A stretch of 64,000 nucleotides of DNA from an uncultured Candidatus Saccharibacteria bacterium (GTDB taxonomy: Bacteria > Patescibacteriota > Minisyncoccia > Phycocordibacterales > UBA918). Positions 48,902-57,237 of the stretch are shown piece by piece (positions within the stretch are counted from its first letter, which is position 1; every line of letters begins with the position of its first letter). The translations under genes were made by a program, and so were the position numbers. The stretch is from NCBI GenBank assembly GCA_964425625.1, contig CAYRMI010000005.1:79-64078 (forward strand), given 5' to 3'. Under the pieces are notes generated by a model. The model had not been told where the DNA came from, ran no database searches, and saw only the letters and a program-made list of their open reading frames with translations.

Positions 48902-49151
48902 ACTTATCTAGTTTGGTATGAAATTCTTTAATTGTGCCAAACTCAATAAATTTACCTTTCTTTATATCCTGCAACCCCTCTGTGATGGCTTTGGCCAATT
49001 CTATATCAATTGATGATGTTTGGGGCTCGAGGATGATTTTCCGACCGGATCGCTCTACACTAAGTATCTGACCCTCTTCTAAGGAAAGGGCATCACGCAG
49101 TTTTTTGGGTAAAGTTAGTAGGCCACGCTGTTGTAGTTTAATAGTATTCAT
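48891..49151 (-). CDS. AbrB/MazE-family antitoxin
   Basis: RGLLTLPKKLRDAL.L.EG. Confidence 0.85.
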   Translation of the reverse strand: MNTIKLQQRGLLTLPKKLRDALSLEEGQILSVERSGRKIILEPQTSSIDIELAKAITEGLQDIKKGKFIEFGTIKEFHTKLDKYEN

Positions 49152-49300
49152 AAATTCAGTATATATGAATTTCAGTATTTCTACAAATTTATAACAATTG
49201 AGTTCGCTCGCTCACTAAAAGCTTGATTTTTGGTTGGGGATGTATTCTAATAGCGGAGTTCTTTCACGTTATCTTTCACTTCAACCAAGAGGGGAAACAA

Positions 49301-49939
49301 ATGTCCGATAAAGTTAGACAGGCAACCGTCGAGCAATTGATGGCGGAGGCCATGGCGACGGCCCAATCCATCATCTGGTCAGACTACCTGCGCCAAGCGA
49401 TGCTCAAGGTCAAAACCAAGTTGCTGGCTGATGAGCTGGTACCGCGAGCTGTCTGGAGTTATCTCAAAGAGAGGGGGGTCAAACAGTTTGATTACTACTT
49501 CAAGCACAACTTGGAAGACTTGTCAGACAAGGAAGCCTGGGGAAATAGTTTTCCGCCGGCCTTGCTGGAGTACAACCAGCTTCGTAACAACTCACAAGAA
49601 GAACTGCGTTTGGTGAGAGTGCCAGTGGCCGAGATTGGTTTTTACGAAGTCATGGCTCGCTTCTCGCATGAGCGCTACCAACGACCCAAACTAGAGGTGA
49701 CTGAGCTCTTGCTGTATCACCACTTGTGTGGGCATCTGCGAGTCCTGCGCGAGCACTGCGAGCGTTATGACTTTATGGATGAGGTCGAGGCGTTGTCGGC
49801 ACTCAGTCAGTGTTTGGTGACGTATGTCGAGTGTCGAGAGAGGTATCGTCGCCAAGCTACTAGCCGCCGCTTGGATGCTGATGAATCCATTTGGTTAAAC
49901 TGGCGGGGGTTGATGGACAAGCTGGAGAAGAAGAAGTAG
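49301..49939 (+). CDS. GC-rich ORFan (start ATG 49301)
   Basis: AGAGGGG 6 nt before ATG; terminator 49953-49988. Confidence 0.7.
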   Translation: MSDKVRQATVEQLMAEAMATAQSIIWSDYLRQAMLKVKTKLLADELVPRAVWSYLKERGVKQFDYYFKHNLEDLSDKEAWGNSFPPALLEYNQLRNNSQEELRLVRVPVAEIGFYEVMARFSHERYQRPKLEVTELLLYHHLCGHLRVLREHCERYDFMDEVEALSALSQCLVTYVECRERYRRQATSRRLDADESIWLNWRGLMDKLEKKK

Positions 49940-50005
49940 ATGGAGTCGGGGGGCCGGTAGCGCTTGCGCTACCGGCCTCTATTTTTTTGCCAGTTGAAAT
50001 TAAAC

Positions 50006-50058
50006 CTGGTGATAAAACGGCCGGTCCCCCTTTGGGGGACCGGCCGTTTTATCACCAG
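50006..50058. terminator. 25-bp perfect-stem hairpin downstream of gmd
   Basis: CTGGTGATAAAACGGCCGGTCCCCC-TTT-GGGGGACCGGCCGTTTTATCACCAG. Confidence 0.65.
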
Positions 50059-50076
50059 ATCCAGGGCAAGTTGAAT

Positions 50077-51135
50077 CTAAAAGTAAAAATGACCGTGGTT
50101 TTTTTGCATCAGCTCATAGTCGGCCTTAGTCATGAGCTTGGCGAGGTCGGCAAATTTTATCTTAGCTTCCCAGCCGAGTTTGGCTTTGGCTGTGGCGGGG
50201 TTACCAAGGAGTAAGTCGACTTCGGTGGGGCGGAAATATTGCGGGTTGATTTTGATAATTGTCTTACCGGTTGCTTGGTCAATCCCAACTTCATCTACAC
50301 CTTGGCCTTGCCACTCTAGTTTGATACTGAGCTCCTCGCAAGCGGCTTCGATAAATTCGCGCACACTATGAGTCTCACCGGTGGCGATGACAAAGTCTTC
50401 TGGAGTGTCTTGTTGGAGCATGAGCCACATTGCCTCGACGTATTCTTTGGCGTAGCCCCAGTCGCGCTTAGCGTCGAGGTTGCCGAGCTCCAGATGGTTT
50501 TGTAGGCCTAGTTTAATTTTGGATAGACCGATGGTGATTTTGCGGGTGACGAAGTTGTAGCCACGTCGTTCACTTTCGTGATTGAAGAGTATGCCATTAC
50601 AAGCAAACATATCGTAAGCCTCGCGATAGTTTTTGATAATCCAAAAACTGTAGAGCTTGGCTACACCATAGGGGCTACGAGGATAGAAGGGGGTAGTCTC
50701 GCTTTGCGGTGTTTCTTGTACTAAGCCGTAGAGTTCGGAAGTGGAGGCTTGGTAGAATTTTGTCTTATGACCGAGGCCTTGTTTGCGAATGGCTTCGAGG
50801 ATAGTCAGGGTACCGAGGGCATCAGTCTGCGCGGTTAGTTCTGGTAGATCAAAAGAAATACGCACGTGACTCTGGGCGGCGAGGTTGTAGACTTCGTCGG
50901 GTTCGATTTCACGCAGAAGAGTAGAGATATTGGTAGTATCGGTTAGGTCACCGTGATGCAGAAAGAGGGTTTTATTATGAATCTCGGGATTATTGAAAAG
51001 GTGTTCGATGCGAGCGGTGCGGATAGAGCTAGAAGGGCGCACGATGCCGTGTACCTCGTAACCCTTCTCTAGGAGTAATTCGGCTAAGTATGATCCGTCT
51101 TGACCGGTGATGCCGGTGATTAAGGCTTTTTTCAT
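50077..51135 (-). CDS. gmd: GDP-mannose 4,6-dehydratase
   Basis: [39 protein letters not shown]. Confidence 0.95.
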   Translation of the reverse strand: MKKALITGITGQDGSYLAELLLEKGYEVHGIVRPSSSIRTARIEHLFNNPEIHNKTLFLHHGDLTDTTNISTLLREIEPDEVYNLAAQSHVRISFDLPELTAQTDALGTLTILEAIRKQGLGHKTKFYQASTSELYGLVQETPQSETTPFYPRSPYGVAKLYSFWIIKNYREAYDMFACNGILFNHESERRGYNFVTRKITIGLSKIKLGLQNHLELGNLDAKRDWGYAKEYVEAMWLMLQQDTPEDFVIATGETHSVREFIEAACEELSIKLEWQGQGVDEVGIDQATGKTIIKINPQYFRPTEVDLLLGNPATAKAKLGWEAKIKFADLAKLMTKADYELMQKNHGHFYF

Positions 51136-51275
51136 AGATGATTATTCTAACAGATGAAAAGGGAAATAGGTTACGGGGTGTCCACGAAAAAGCGAAGCTT
51201 TTTCTTGGGCGCTGTTTTTGATTGGTCAATAAGTGAGATTGATAAGTACTTTGTTAAGTATATAATTTACAGATT

Positions 51276-51533
51276 ATGGATACTATCATTAGAATAAAGT
51301 TGGATAAGGCGATTAAAGAAGAGGCTGAAGATATGGGTCTAAACTTGACTGTGCTAATTAACGACTATTTTAAGCAGTTGGTTGCTGCTAGAAAGGAGGT
51401 GCCTTATGTTCCAGAACAAATGACGCCAAAGTTGGAGAAGAGTTTAAGGCGAGTGAAAAAAGAGATGGATGAGTCTAAAGATAGGAAGGCATTTACCAAC
51501 GCTGGTGATTTTTCGGCTGATTTAAAAAAGTAG
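51276..51533 (+). CDS. RelB/DinJ-like antitoxin, orphan
   Basis: IRIKLDKAIKEEA..MGLNL..LIN.Y; F.NA.DF tail; no toxin follows. Confidence 0.7.
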   Translation: MDTIIRIKLDKAIKEEAEDMGLNLTVLINDYFKQLVAARKEVPYVPEQMTPKLEKSLRRVKKEMDESKDRKAFTNAGDFSADLKK

Positions 51534-51612
51534 GAGTTTTTTTTAAATTTTGCATACTTGGGGTAACCGAGAAGGTTTTTACTTGGTTGTAATTGGGATG
51601 AAAGAAAAAAAT

Positions 51613-52329
51613 ATGCCAGCAAAGAAGATTGTCATTTCGGGTGGGTTTGATCCGATACATCCCGGGCACATCGCGATGATTGAGTCGGCCAGAGAGTATG
51701 GTGAGGTGCATGTGGTGGTAAATAGCGATGAGTGGTTGATTCGCAAGAAAGGCTTTTTCTTTCAGCCCTGGACCGATCGCAAAAAAATAATTGAAGCTTA
51801 CACTCCACATGTGCATGTGGTTGATGATAGTGATGGGACGGTCTGTGAAGCTTTGCGCCGGATCAAGCCGGATTATTTTGGTAACGGGGGAGACCGGACC
51901 AACAAAAATACCCCCGAGCTCGATGTCTGCCGAGAGCTTGGGATTGAGCCGGTGTTTGAGCTCGGGGGTGGGAAGTATAGTTCGAGCTCAGCTATCAATG
52001 GTCGCCAGCGGGTGAAGACTAGATGGGGGATGTACGATGTGCTGTTGGACATGCCTCTACTGAAAGTTAAACTCCTTACCATTGAAGCGGGTAAAAAGCT
52101 GTCTTTGCAACGTCATAATGACCGTAGTGAATTTTTCTTTATGCCGAGCGGGGAAGTGCGGGTAAATTTGCCTGGGGTTTGGCATGCCCCCAAGGCGCCG
52201 GAAGATGAAGACCTGGTGATATTGGAAGTCCAGCTTGGACTAGCGGAAGAGCATGATATAGAGCGGATTAGTGAAGAGGATGAAGCGCATGAGGTAGAGG
52301 TAAAAAAGAAGATAAAGTTAAATCACTAG
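51613..52329 (+). CDS. Cytidylyltransferase fused to MPI-type cupin (start ATG 51598 or 51613)
   Basis: SGGFDPIHPGH, NGGDR; WG.Y, LSLQRH..RSE, ILEVQ. Confidence 0.82.
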   Translation: MPAKKIVISGGFDPIHPGHIAMIESAREYGEVHVVVNSDEWLIRKKGFFFQPWTDRKKIIEAYTPHVHVVDDSDGTVCEALRRIKPDYFGNGGDRTNKNTPELDVCRELGIEPVFELGGGKYSSSSAINGRQRVKTRWGMYDVLLDMPLLKVKLLTIEAGKKLSLQRHNDRSEFFFMPSGEVRVNLPGVWHAPKAPEDEDLVILEVQLGLAEEHDIERISEEDEAHEVEVKKKIKLNH

Positions 52330-52334
52330 TAGGG

Positions 52335-52375
52335 AAAAAGCAGGGCGGGGCCTTTGGCCCCGCCCTGCTTTTTTT
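52335..52375. terminator. Intrinsic terminator
   Basis: AAAAAGCAGGGCGGGGCC-TTT-GGCCCCGCCCTGCTTTTTTT. Confidence 0.8.
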
Positions 52376-52442
52376 AGCCCTTGACTCCTTGGCTTAATAA
52401 TATAGGCTAATTACCTGTTCTTGTTTTATGAGGAGATAGATC

Positions 52443-52814
52443 ATGTTGGGTACAGCAGTGTCAGTCGAAAGTTTGGTCGGGAAGTATGTTTGCCTTGATG
52501 AAGGAGCTTCACAGTGCCAACGCTACGGCGTGGTCTGTCAGGTGTCGGAGGGCGACCCTTCTGCGGTTTGGGTCATGTACTTCAAGAGTCGTCGCTTTCG
52601 TCCGGTACCGATCTCGTGTTGTCGGGAAGTCCCTGCCCATGCTATACGTGAAGGATTGGTGGGGAATGAAGTGCAAGTGCCAGGTTTTGGTCGAGGTACC
52701 GTCATCGGCGAATATGTCAATGATGGCAGTGAGCTCATCTTGCGTGTACAAGCCAAAGACAAACCAATCTTCACGACGATTGAGTTTTGGCAGGTACGGG
52801 TGCTCGTGCCCTGA
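52443..52814 (+). CDS. GC-rich ORFan (possibly tandem SH3/KOW-like beta domains)
   Basis: SD GAGGAG 52430-52435; TTGACT-16-TAGGCT; hairpin 52835-52865; internal LVG repeat. Confidence 0.6.
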   Translation: MLGTAVSVESLVGKYVCLDEGASQCQRYGVVCQVSEGDPSAVWVMYFKSRRFRPVPISCCREVPAHAIREGLVGNEVQVPGFGRGTVIGEYVNDGSELILRVQAKDKPIFTTIEFWQVRVLVP

Positions 52815-52935
52815 AGTAGGGTGGTAAGGAAAAAGGGGCAAGTGGCGCGAAGCGCAACTTGCCCCATGTTGATTTGGGAAAATGAAAAAGCGTCGGGGTT
52901 GCTTTTGTCCCTGTGGGACATAGTCTCTTGTCTGG

Positions 52936-53343
52936 TCAAGGGGTAGTGACCAGAGCCAGGGTACTGGGGGCGATGGCCGGCGATGCCTTTGGCATCGCCG
53001 GCCACTCTCCTGGCACTTCACTAAACCAAATGTCCCACCAGGCTGGCAGTTCTTGGAATTTGTTGGGCCGGCCATCGCACCAGACAAACAGAGCGTGACT
53101 TGCTCCTTTGAGCCAGCTCACGGTGTAATGTTTTTGGTGATTGTCAGTACAAGGTCGACTGAAGGTCTGGACCTCTCTGGTGAGAGGGTACGAACGATCG
53201 ATGGTGAACTTCAGCGGCCCTACCTGTCGGGTGAAGTAGCCAGGGGATACTTCCTGCCAGACAAAGTCAATCTGGCCGAGAATGACCAGAATAAGAATGG
53301 TCAAAGAAGCCACTATTTGGGCGGGGACTTTGATATTTTTCAC
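52936..53343 (-). CDS. ORFan with N-terminal TM (start GTG 53343)
   Basis: AAGGAG 5 nt before GTG; hydrophobic N-terminus. Confidence 0.55.
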   Translation of the reverse strand: MKNIKVPAQIVASLTILILVILGQIDFVWQEVSPGYFTRQVGPLKFTIDRSYPLTREVQTFSRPCTDNHQKHYTVSWLKGASHALFVWCDGRPNKFQELPAWWDIWFSEVPGEWPAMPKASPAIAPSTLALVTTP

Positions 53344-53504
53344 ATCATCTCCTTGGTGGTTGAAGGGTAATTGAAAGGGGAACTGACTTTTTATATTATG
53401 CCACATTTAAACGTAAAAGTATATAGTAAATAATTTGTATGAGAGTTTTAAGCACTCGTCTAGAGTATCCGGTCGGCCATGCGATGTGGTATATTTTTAG
53501 CCAT

Positions 53505-55694
53505 ATGAAAGATTTTTTAAAAGTGGTGGTCTACGGTGGTTTGTTTGCGGTGCCGTTTTTGACGATGTTTGTGGTCAATGATTATTTCTTCCCATTTATT
53601 ACTGGTAAAAATTTTGCCTTTCGCATAATTGTCGAGGTGGTGTTGGTCGCCTGGGCTTTGTTGATGCTGATTGAGGCAAAATACCGACCGCAGTTTTCTT
53701 GGTTGCTCTTGAGCCTGGGTTCATTTTTGGGTGTGATGTTTTTGGCTAACCTATTTGGTGAGCATCCCCAGACCAGTTTTTGGAGTAACTTTGAAAGAAT
53801 GGATGGCTACGTCACTCTCGTTCATGTTTTTGCTTACACCCTAGTGCTCGGTAGCGTGCTCAAAACTAAAGAGCAATGGGGGGCATTTTTGCACACTACG
53901 CTCGGGGTGGCCTTTTTGGTGGCGATGTATGGTTTGGCGCAATACTCTGGTTCAATTGAAGGTTACACTGGTCGTATCGAGAGCTTTCTGGGTAACTCCG
54001 CCTATTTTGCTATCTATATGTACTTCCATATATTTATTGCTTTTTGGCTGTTTGTGGAAAATCGCTCAACCCTGCTTCGAGCTGGCCATGCTCTTTTGAT
54101 TGTCTTGTTTGTTTTCTCATTATTAGAGTCTGGTACGCGTGGTACGGTACTCGGTCTCATGTCGGGGGCGACAGTGATGGTGGCTTATATCGCTATCTTT
54201 GGCGCCAAGTATCCAGAATTTCGTCGCTACGCGGGGGGATCCTTTGCTGTGCTCTTGGTGGTAGCTGGTTCATTTTATCTAGCGCGTGATTCAGACCTTA
54301 TCCAAAGCAGTCCCAACCTCGCCCGAGTGGCCAATATCGACCTCAAGAGTGACTTGGTAGTACGCGGTACGATTTGGGGTATGGCGCTAGAAGGAGTAAA
54401 AGAAAGACCAATCCTCGGTTGGGGCCAAGGTAACTTCAACTACATCTTCAATGAGCAGTATGATCCTTTTCTCTATGGGCAAGAGCAATGGTTTGATCGG
54501 GTCCATAATATCTTCCTGGATTGGTTGGTGGCGGGTGGAGTTTTGGGCTTGCTCGCTTACTTTAGTATCTTCGCTGCCTGTCTCTATTACTTAGTGGTAG
54601 TGCCTTGGCAGAGAAAAGAGGATAAAACCTTTACGGTGCTAGAGCGGGGAGTACTTTTGGGTATTTTAGTGGGCTATCTAACACACAACTTGGTGGTGTT
54701 TGACAACCTGATCAGCTACATTTTCTTTGCGGTTATTTTGGGGCTCATCCAGAGTAGAGTCGGGACTCCGTTTAAGTTTTTTGAGAAACTTAAAGTAGAT
54801 CAAAATATCTTCAACCAATTTTTGGTACCAGTGGGGGCGGTGGCAATCGTAGCGTTAGTTTACACCTTACATATACCTGGTATGCAGGCAGCTGAGGATA
54901 TAATCAGTGCCTATCGTACGACAGATCCAGCGGGTAAGTTGGCGATGTTTGAAAAGGCTCTAGATAATAATTCCTTTGCCCACCAGGAGATAACCGAGCA
55001 AATCTCCCAGCAAGCGATGGGAATGATGCAAGATAAAGAAGTACCAGAAGAAGTCAGACAAAAGTTTATTGCTAGGGCTGAGCAAGAGCTCAATAAACTA
55101 ATAGAGGAAAAGCCTGGTGATGCGAGAGTGCATGTTTTTGCCAGTACTTTCTATCGATCGATTGGTGACTTGGAAGCGGCCGAGCGACAGATAACGCGTG
55201 CACAAGAGCTCTCACCGCGCAAACCATCGATTGTGATGCAAAGAGCAATCATTAAATATAGTCAAGGAAATACCGAGGCGGCTCGTGATCTGTTTAAGGA
55301 AGCCTTCGAACTGGATGAACGTAATGATGAGGCGCGTACATTTTATGCGGCTACGTTATTCCTGACTAAGGACGCGCCAGCAGCTAAGGCTTTGGCGACC
55401 GATGAACGCATTTACAAACTCTTTACGCAAAATGACTTCTTGATCTCGGCGGTAAATACCGCTGGTGAGATGACTTTTCTCAAAGATCTCTATGAGGTAC
55501 GTGTAACCGAAAATCCAACTGTAGTGCAGAACTGGGCATCATTATCGTTTATCTACCTCCAGGCTGGTGATAAGGAGTCATCAATAAAGACCTTAGAGCG
55601 GGCGAGTGAAGCGGTGCCAACTTTCAAGACCACGGCCCAATGTTTTATCAAGAATATAGAAGTAGGTAAGGATCCACAAGACGGTTGTAAATAA
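53505..55694 (+). CDS. O-antigen ligase/Wzy_C family membrane protein with C-terminal TPRs
   Basis: TRG, R..IW, PILGWG..NF, DRVHNIFLD; start ATG 53505. Confidence 0.87.
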   Translation: MKDFLKVVVYGGLFAVPFLTMFVVNDYFFPFITGKNFAFRIIVEVVLVAWALLMLIEAKYRPQFSWLLLSLGSFLGVMFLANLFGEHPQTSFWSNFERMDGYVTLVHVFAYTLVLGSVLKTKEQWGAFLHTTLGVAFLVAMYGLAQYSGSIEGYTGRIESFLGNSAYFAIYMYFHIFIAFWLFVENRSTLLRAGHALLIVLFVFSLLESGTRGTVLGLMSGATVMVAYIAIFGAKYPEFRRYAGGSFAVLLVVAGSFYLARDSDLIQSSPNLARVANIDLKSDLVVRGTIWGMALEGVKERPILGWGQGNFNYIFNEQYDPFLYGQEQWFDRVHNIFLDWLVAGGVLGLLAYFSIFAACLYYLVVVPWQRKEDKTFTVLERGVLLGILVGYLTHNLVVFDNLISYIFFAVILGLIQSRVGTPFKFFEKLKVDQNIFNQFLVPVGAVAIVALVYTLHIPGMQAAEDIISAYRTTDPAGKLAMFEKALDNNSFAHQEITEQISQQAMGMMQDKEVPEEVRQKFIARAEQELNKLIEEKPGDARVHVFASTFYRSIGDLEAAERQITRAQELSPRKPSIVMQRAIIKYSQGNTEAARDLFKEAFELDERNDEARTFYAATLFLTKDAPAAKALATDERIYKLFTQNDFLISAVNTAGEMTFLKDLYEVRVTENPTVVQNWASLSFIYLQAGDKESSIKTLERASEAVPTFKTTAQCFIKNIEVGKDPQDGCK

Positions 55695-55705
55695 TTTCTC
55701 TGGGT

Positions 55706-56731
55706 ATGGCCCTCACTATTTTGGAGAACGTACCACTCTCGGCGCACACCACCTTTAAAACGGGTGGTGTGGCGCGTTTTGTGGTGGTGGTAGAGACAGT
55801 AGAGGAGGTGGGTGAGGCAGTGCGTTTTGCGGAGCAAAACGCACTGCCTCACTTAATCTTAGGTGGTGGTTCCAACTTACTCGTGTCTGACACCGGTTAC
55901 GCTGGAGTGGTGATAAAAATTGCCATCAAGGGACGTACCTATGAAGACTTAGGAGAAGGTAAGGTACGACTGGTTGTGGGAGCTGGTGAGGTGCTAGATG
56001 AGGTAATAGCAGACACGGTCTTGGAAGGTTACTGGGGGTTAGAAAATCTTTCGGCTATCCCGGGCTTGGTGGGAGCGACGCCAGTGCAAAATGTGGGAGC
56101 TTATGGCGCAGAAGTGAAACATGTGATTGAAGCCGTGGAGGTGTACTCTGTCACCGATAAAAAAATAAAAATATTTACGAATGATGAATGTAGTTTTGGT
56201 TATCGTGATTCAATTTTTAAAACAGAAATGGGAAAAAATTTCATCATCACTGCTGTACATTTTTTGCTCACTACAAATGCACAACCAAATATTTCTTATC
56301 GTGACCTCGCACTTTATTTTTCTGCTAAAGAAATATCACAAAAAAATATTCGTGAAGCAGTAGGCAAAATTCGCGCTGAGAAATTTCCTGACTGGAAAGT
56401 CGTCGGTACAGCTGGATCATTTTTCAAAAATCCGCTGGTGACAAAAGCGGAAGGAGAGCGATTGCAAGCTTTGTATCCGGAGCTACCGATGTATGAAGCC
56501 GGTCCCGACACAGTAAAGCTTTCGCTTGGCTATATCCTCGATAAAGTGTGTAATCTCAAGGGTTTTCGACAGGGAAAGGTGGGTCTTTATGATAAGCAAG
56601 CTTTGGTTTTGGTGCAATACGGTGGAGCCAGTACAACTGAAGTTTTGGCGTTTGTAGAAATTATAAAAGCCAAAGTTGCGCAAGCAACGAAAATAAAAAT
56701 TGAAATGGAAGTATGCTTGGTAGCTGATTAG
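55706..56731 (+). CDS. murB: UDP-N-acetylenolpyruvoylglucosamine reductase
   Basis: GGGSNLL, IPG.VGA.PVQNVGAYG, FGYRDSIFK, GSFFKNP. Confidence 0.95.
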   Translation: MALTILENVPLSAHTTFKTGGVARFVVVVETVEEVGEAVRFAEQNALPHLILGGGSNLLVSDTGYAGVVIKIAIKGRTYEDLGEGKVRLVVGAGEVLDEVIADTVLEGYWGLENLSAIPGLVGATPVQNVGAYGAEVKHVIEAVEVYSVTDKKIKIFTNDECSFGYRDSIFKTEMGKNFIITAVHFLLTTNAQPNISYRDLALYFSAKEISQKNIREAVGKIRAEKFPDWKVVGTAGSFFKNPLVTKAEGERLQALYPELPMYEAGPDTVKLSLGYILDKVCNLKGFRQGKVGLYDKQALVLVQYGGASTTEVLAFVEIIKAKVAQATKIKIEMEVCLVAD

Positions 56732-56845
56732 AGAATTTTATTTTGCATTAAGGTGATGAAAAATTTTTTATAAAAAATTTTTCATCAGCGAAAAAATCTT
56801 GAAAAATATTTTTTTGAAAAATAAAAAATATTTTTCAAGATTTTT

Positions 56846-56854
56846 TTATCCACA
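56846..56854 (+). promoter_or_regulatory. Perfect DnaA box in AT-rich palindromic spacer
   Basis: TTATCCACA. Confidence 0.45.
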
Positions 56855-56997
56855 ACTTTTTTTTACAAAAGTGATTGTGTTAATTTTTTTTACACGTGAT
56901 AATAGTAGTAAGCAAACATCTTCTCTCACTGAACAGTTCTTTGAAAATGAGAAGGTCTTGCGGTCGAACTTTATTCACTAAAAACTCTCATCACAAC

Positions 56998-57126
56998 ATG
57001 CCAGTAGCAAAAAAGAAGGCAGTCAAGAAAGTTGCCAAGAAGACCGCAAAGAAGGCTGTCAAGAAGGTAGCAAAGAAGGCTGTCAAGAAGGTAGCCAAGA
57101 AGGCTACTAAGAAGTCAAAAAAGTAG
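56998..57126 (+). CDS. 42-aa histone H1-like Lys/Ala-rich protein
   Basis: MPVAKKKAVKKVAKKTAKKAVKKVAKKAVKKVAKKATKKSKK. Confidence 0.75.
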   Translation: MPVAKKKAVKKVAKKTAKKAVKKVAKKAVKKVAKKATKKSKK

Positions 57127-57237
57127 TCTCAGTAAATGGTGTCTACCATTTACCGATAAAGCTGATAGCATAATCGCCCTCCACCGGCGATTTTGCTTTT
57201 TGTATTTATACATAAGTCCGTATATACTAGGCCCACT

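Noticed and set aside
52486-53370. Several overlapping ORFs on both strands
   Set aside because: GC-rich shadows; only 52443-52814 and 52936-53343 have SD and promoter support.
56735-56900. Possible oriC
   Set aside because: Only one DnaA box and no dnaA/dnaN nearby.
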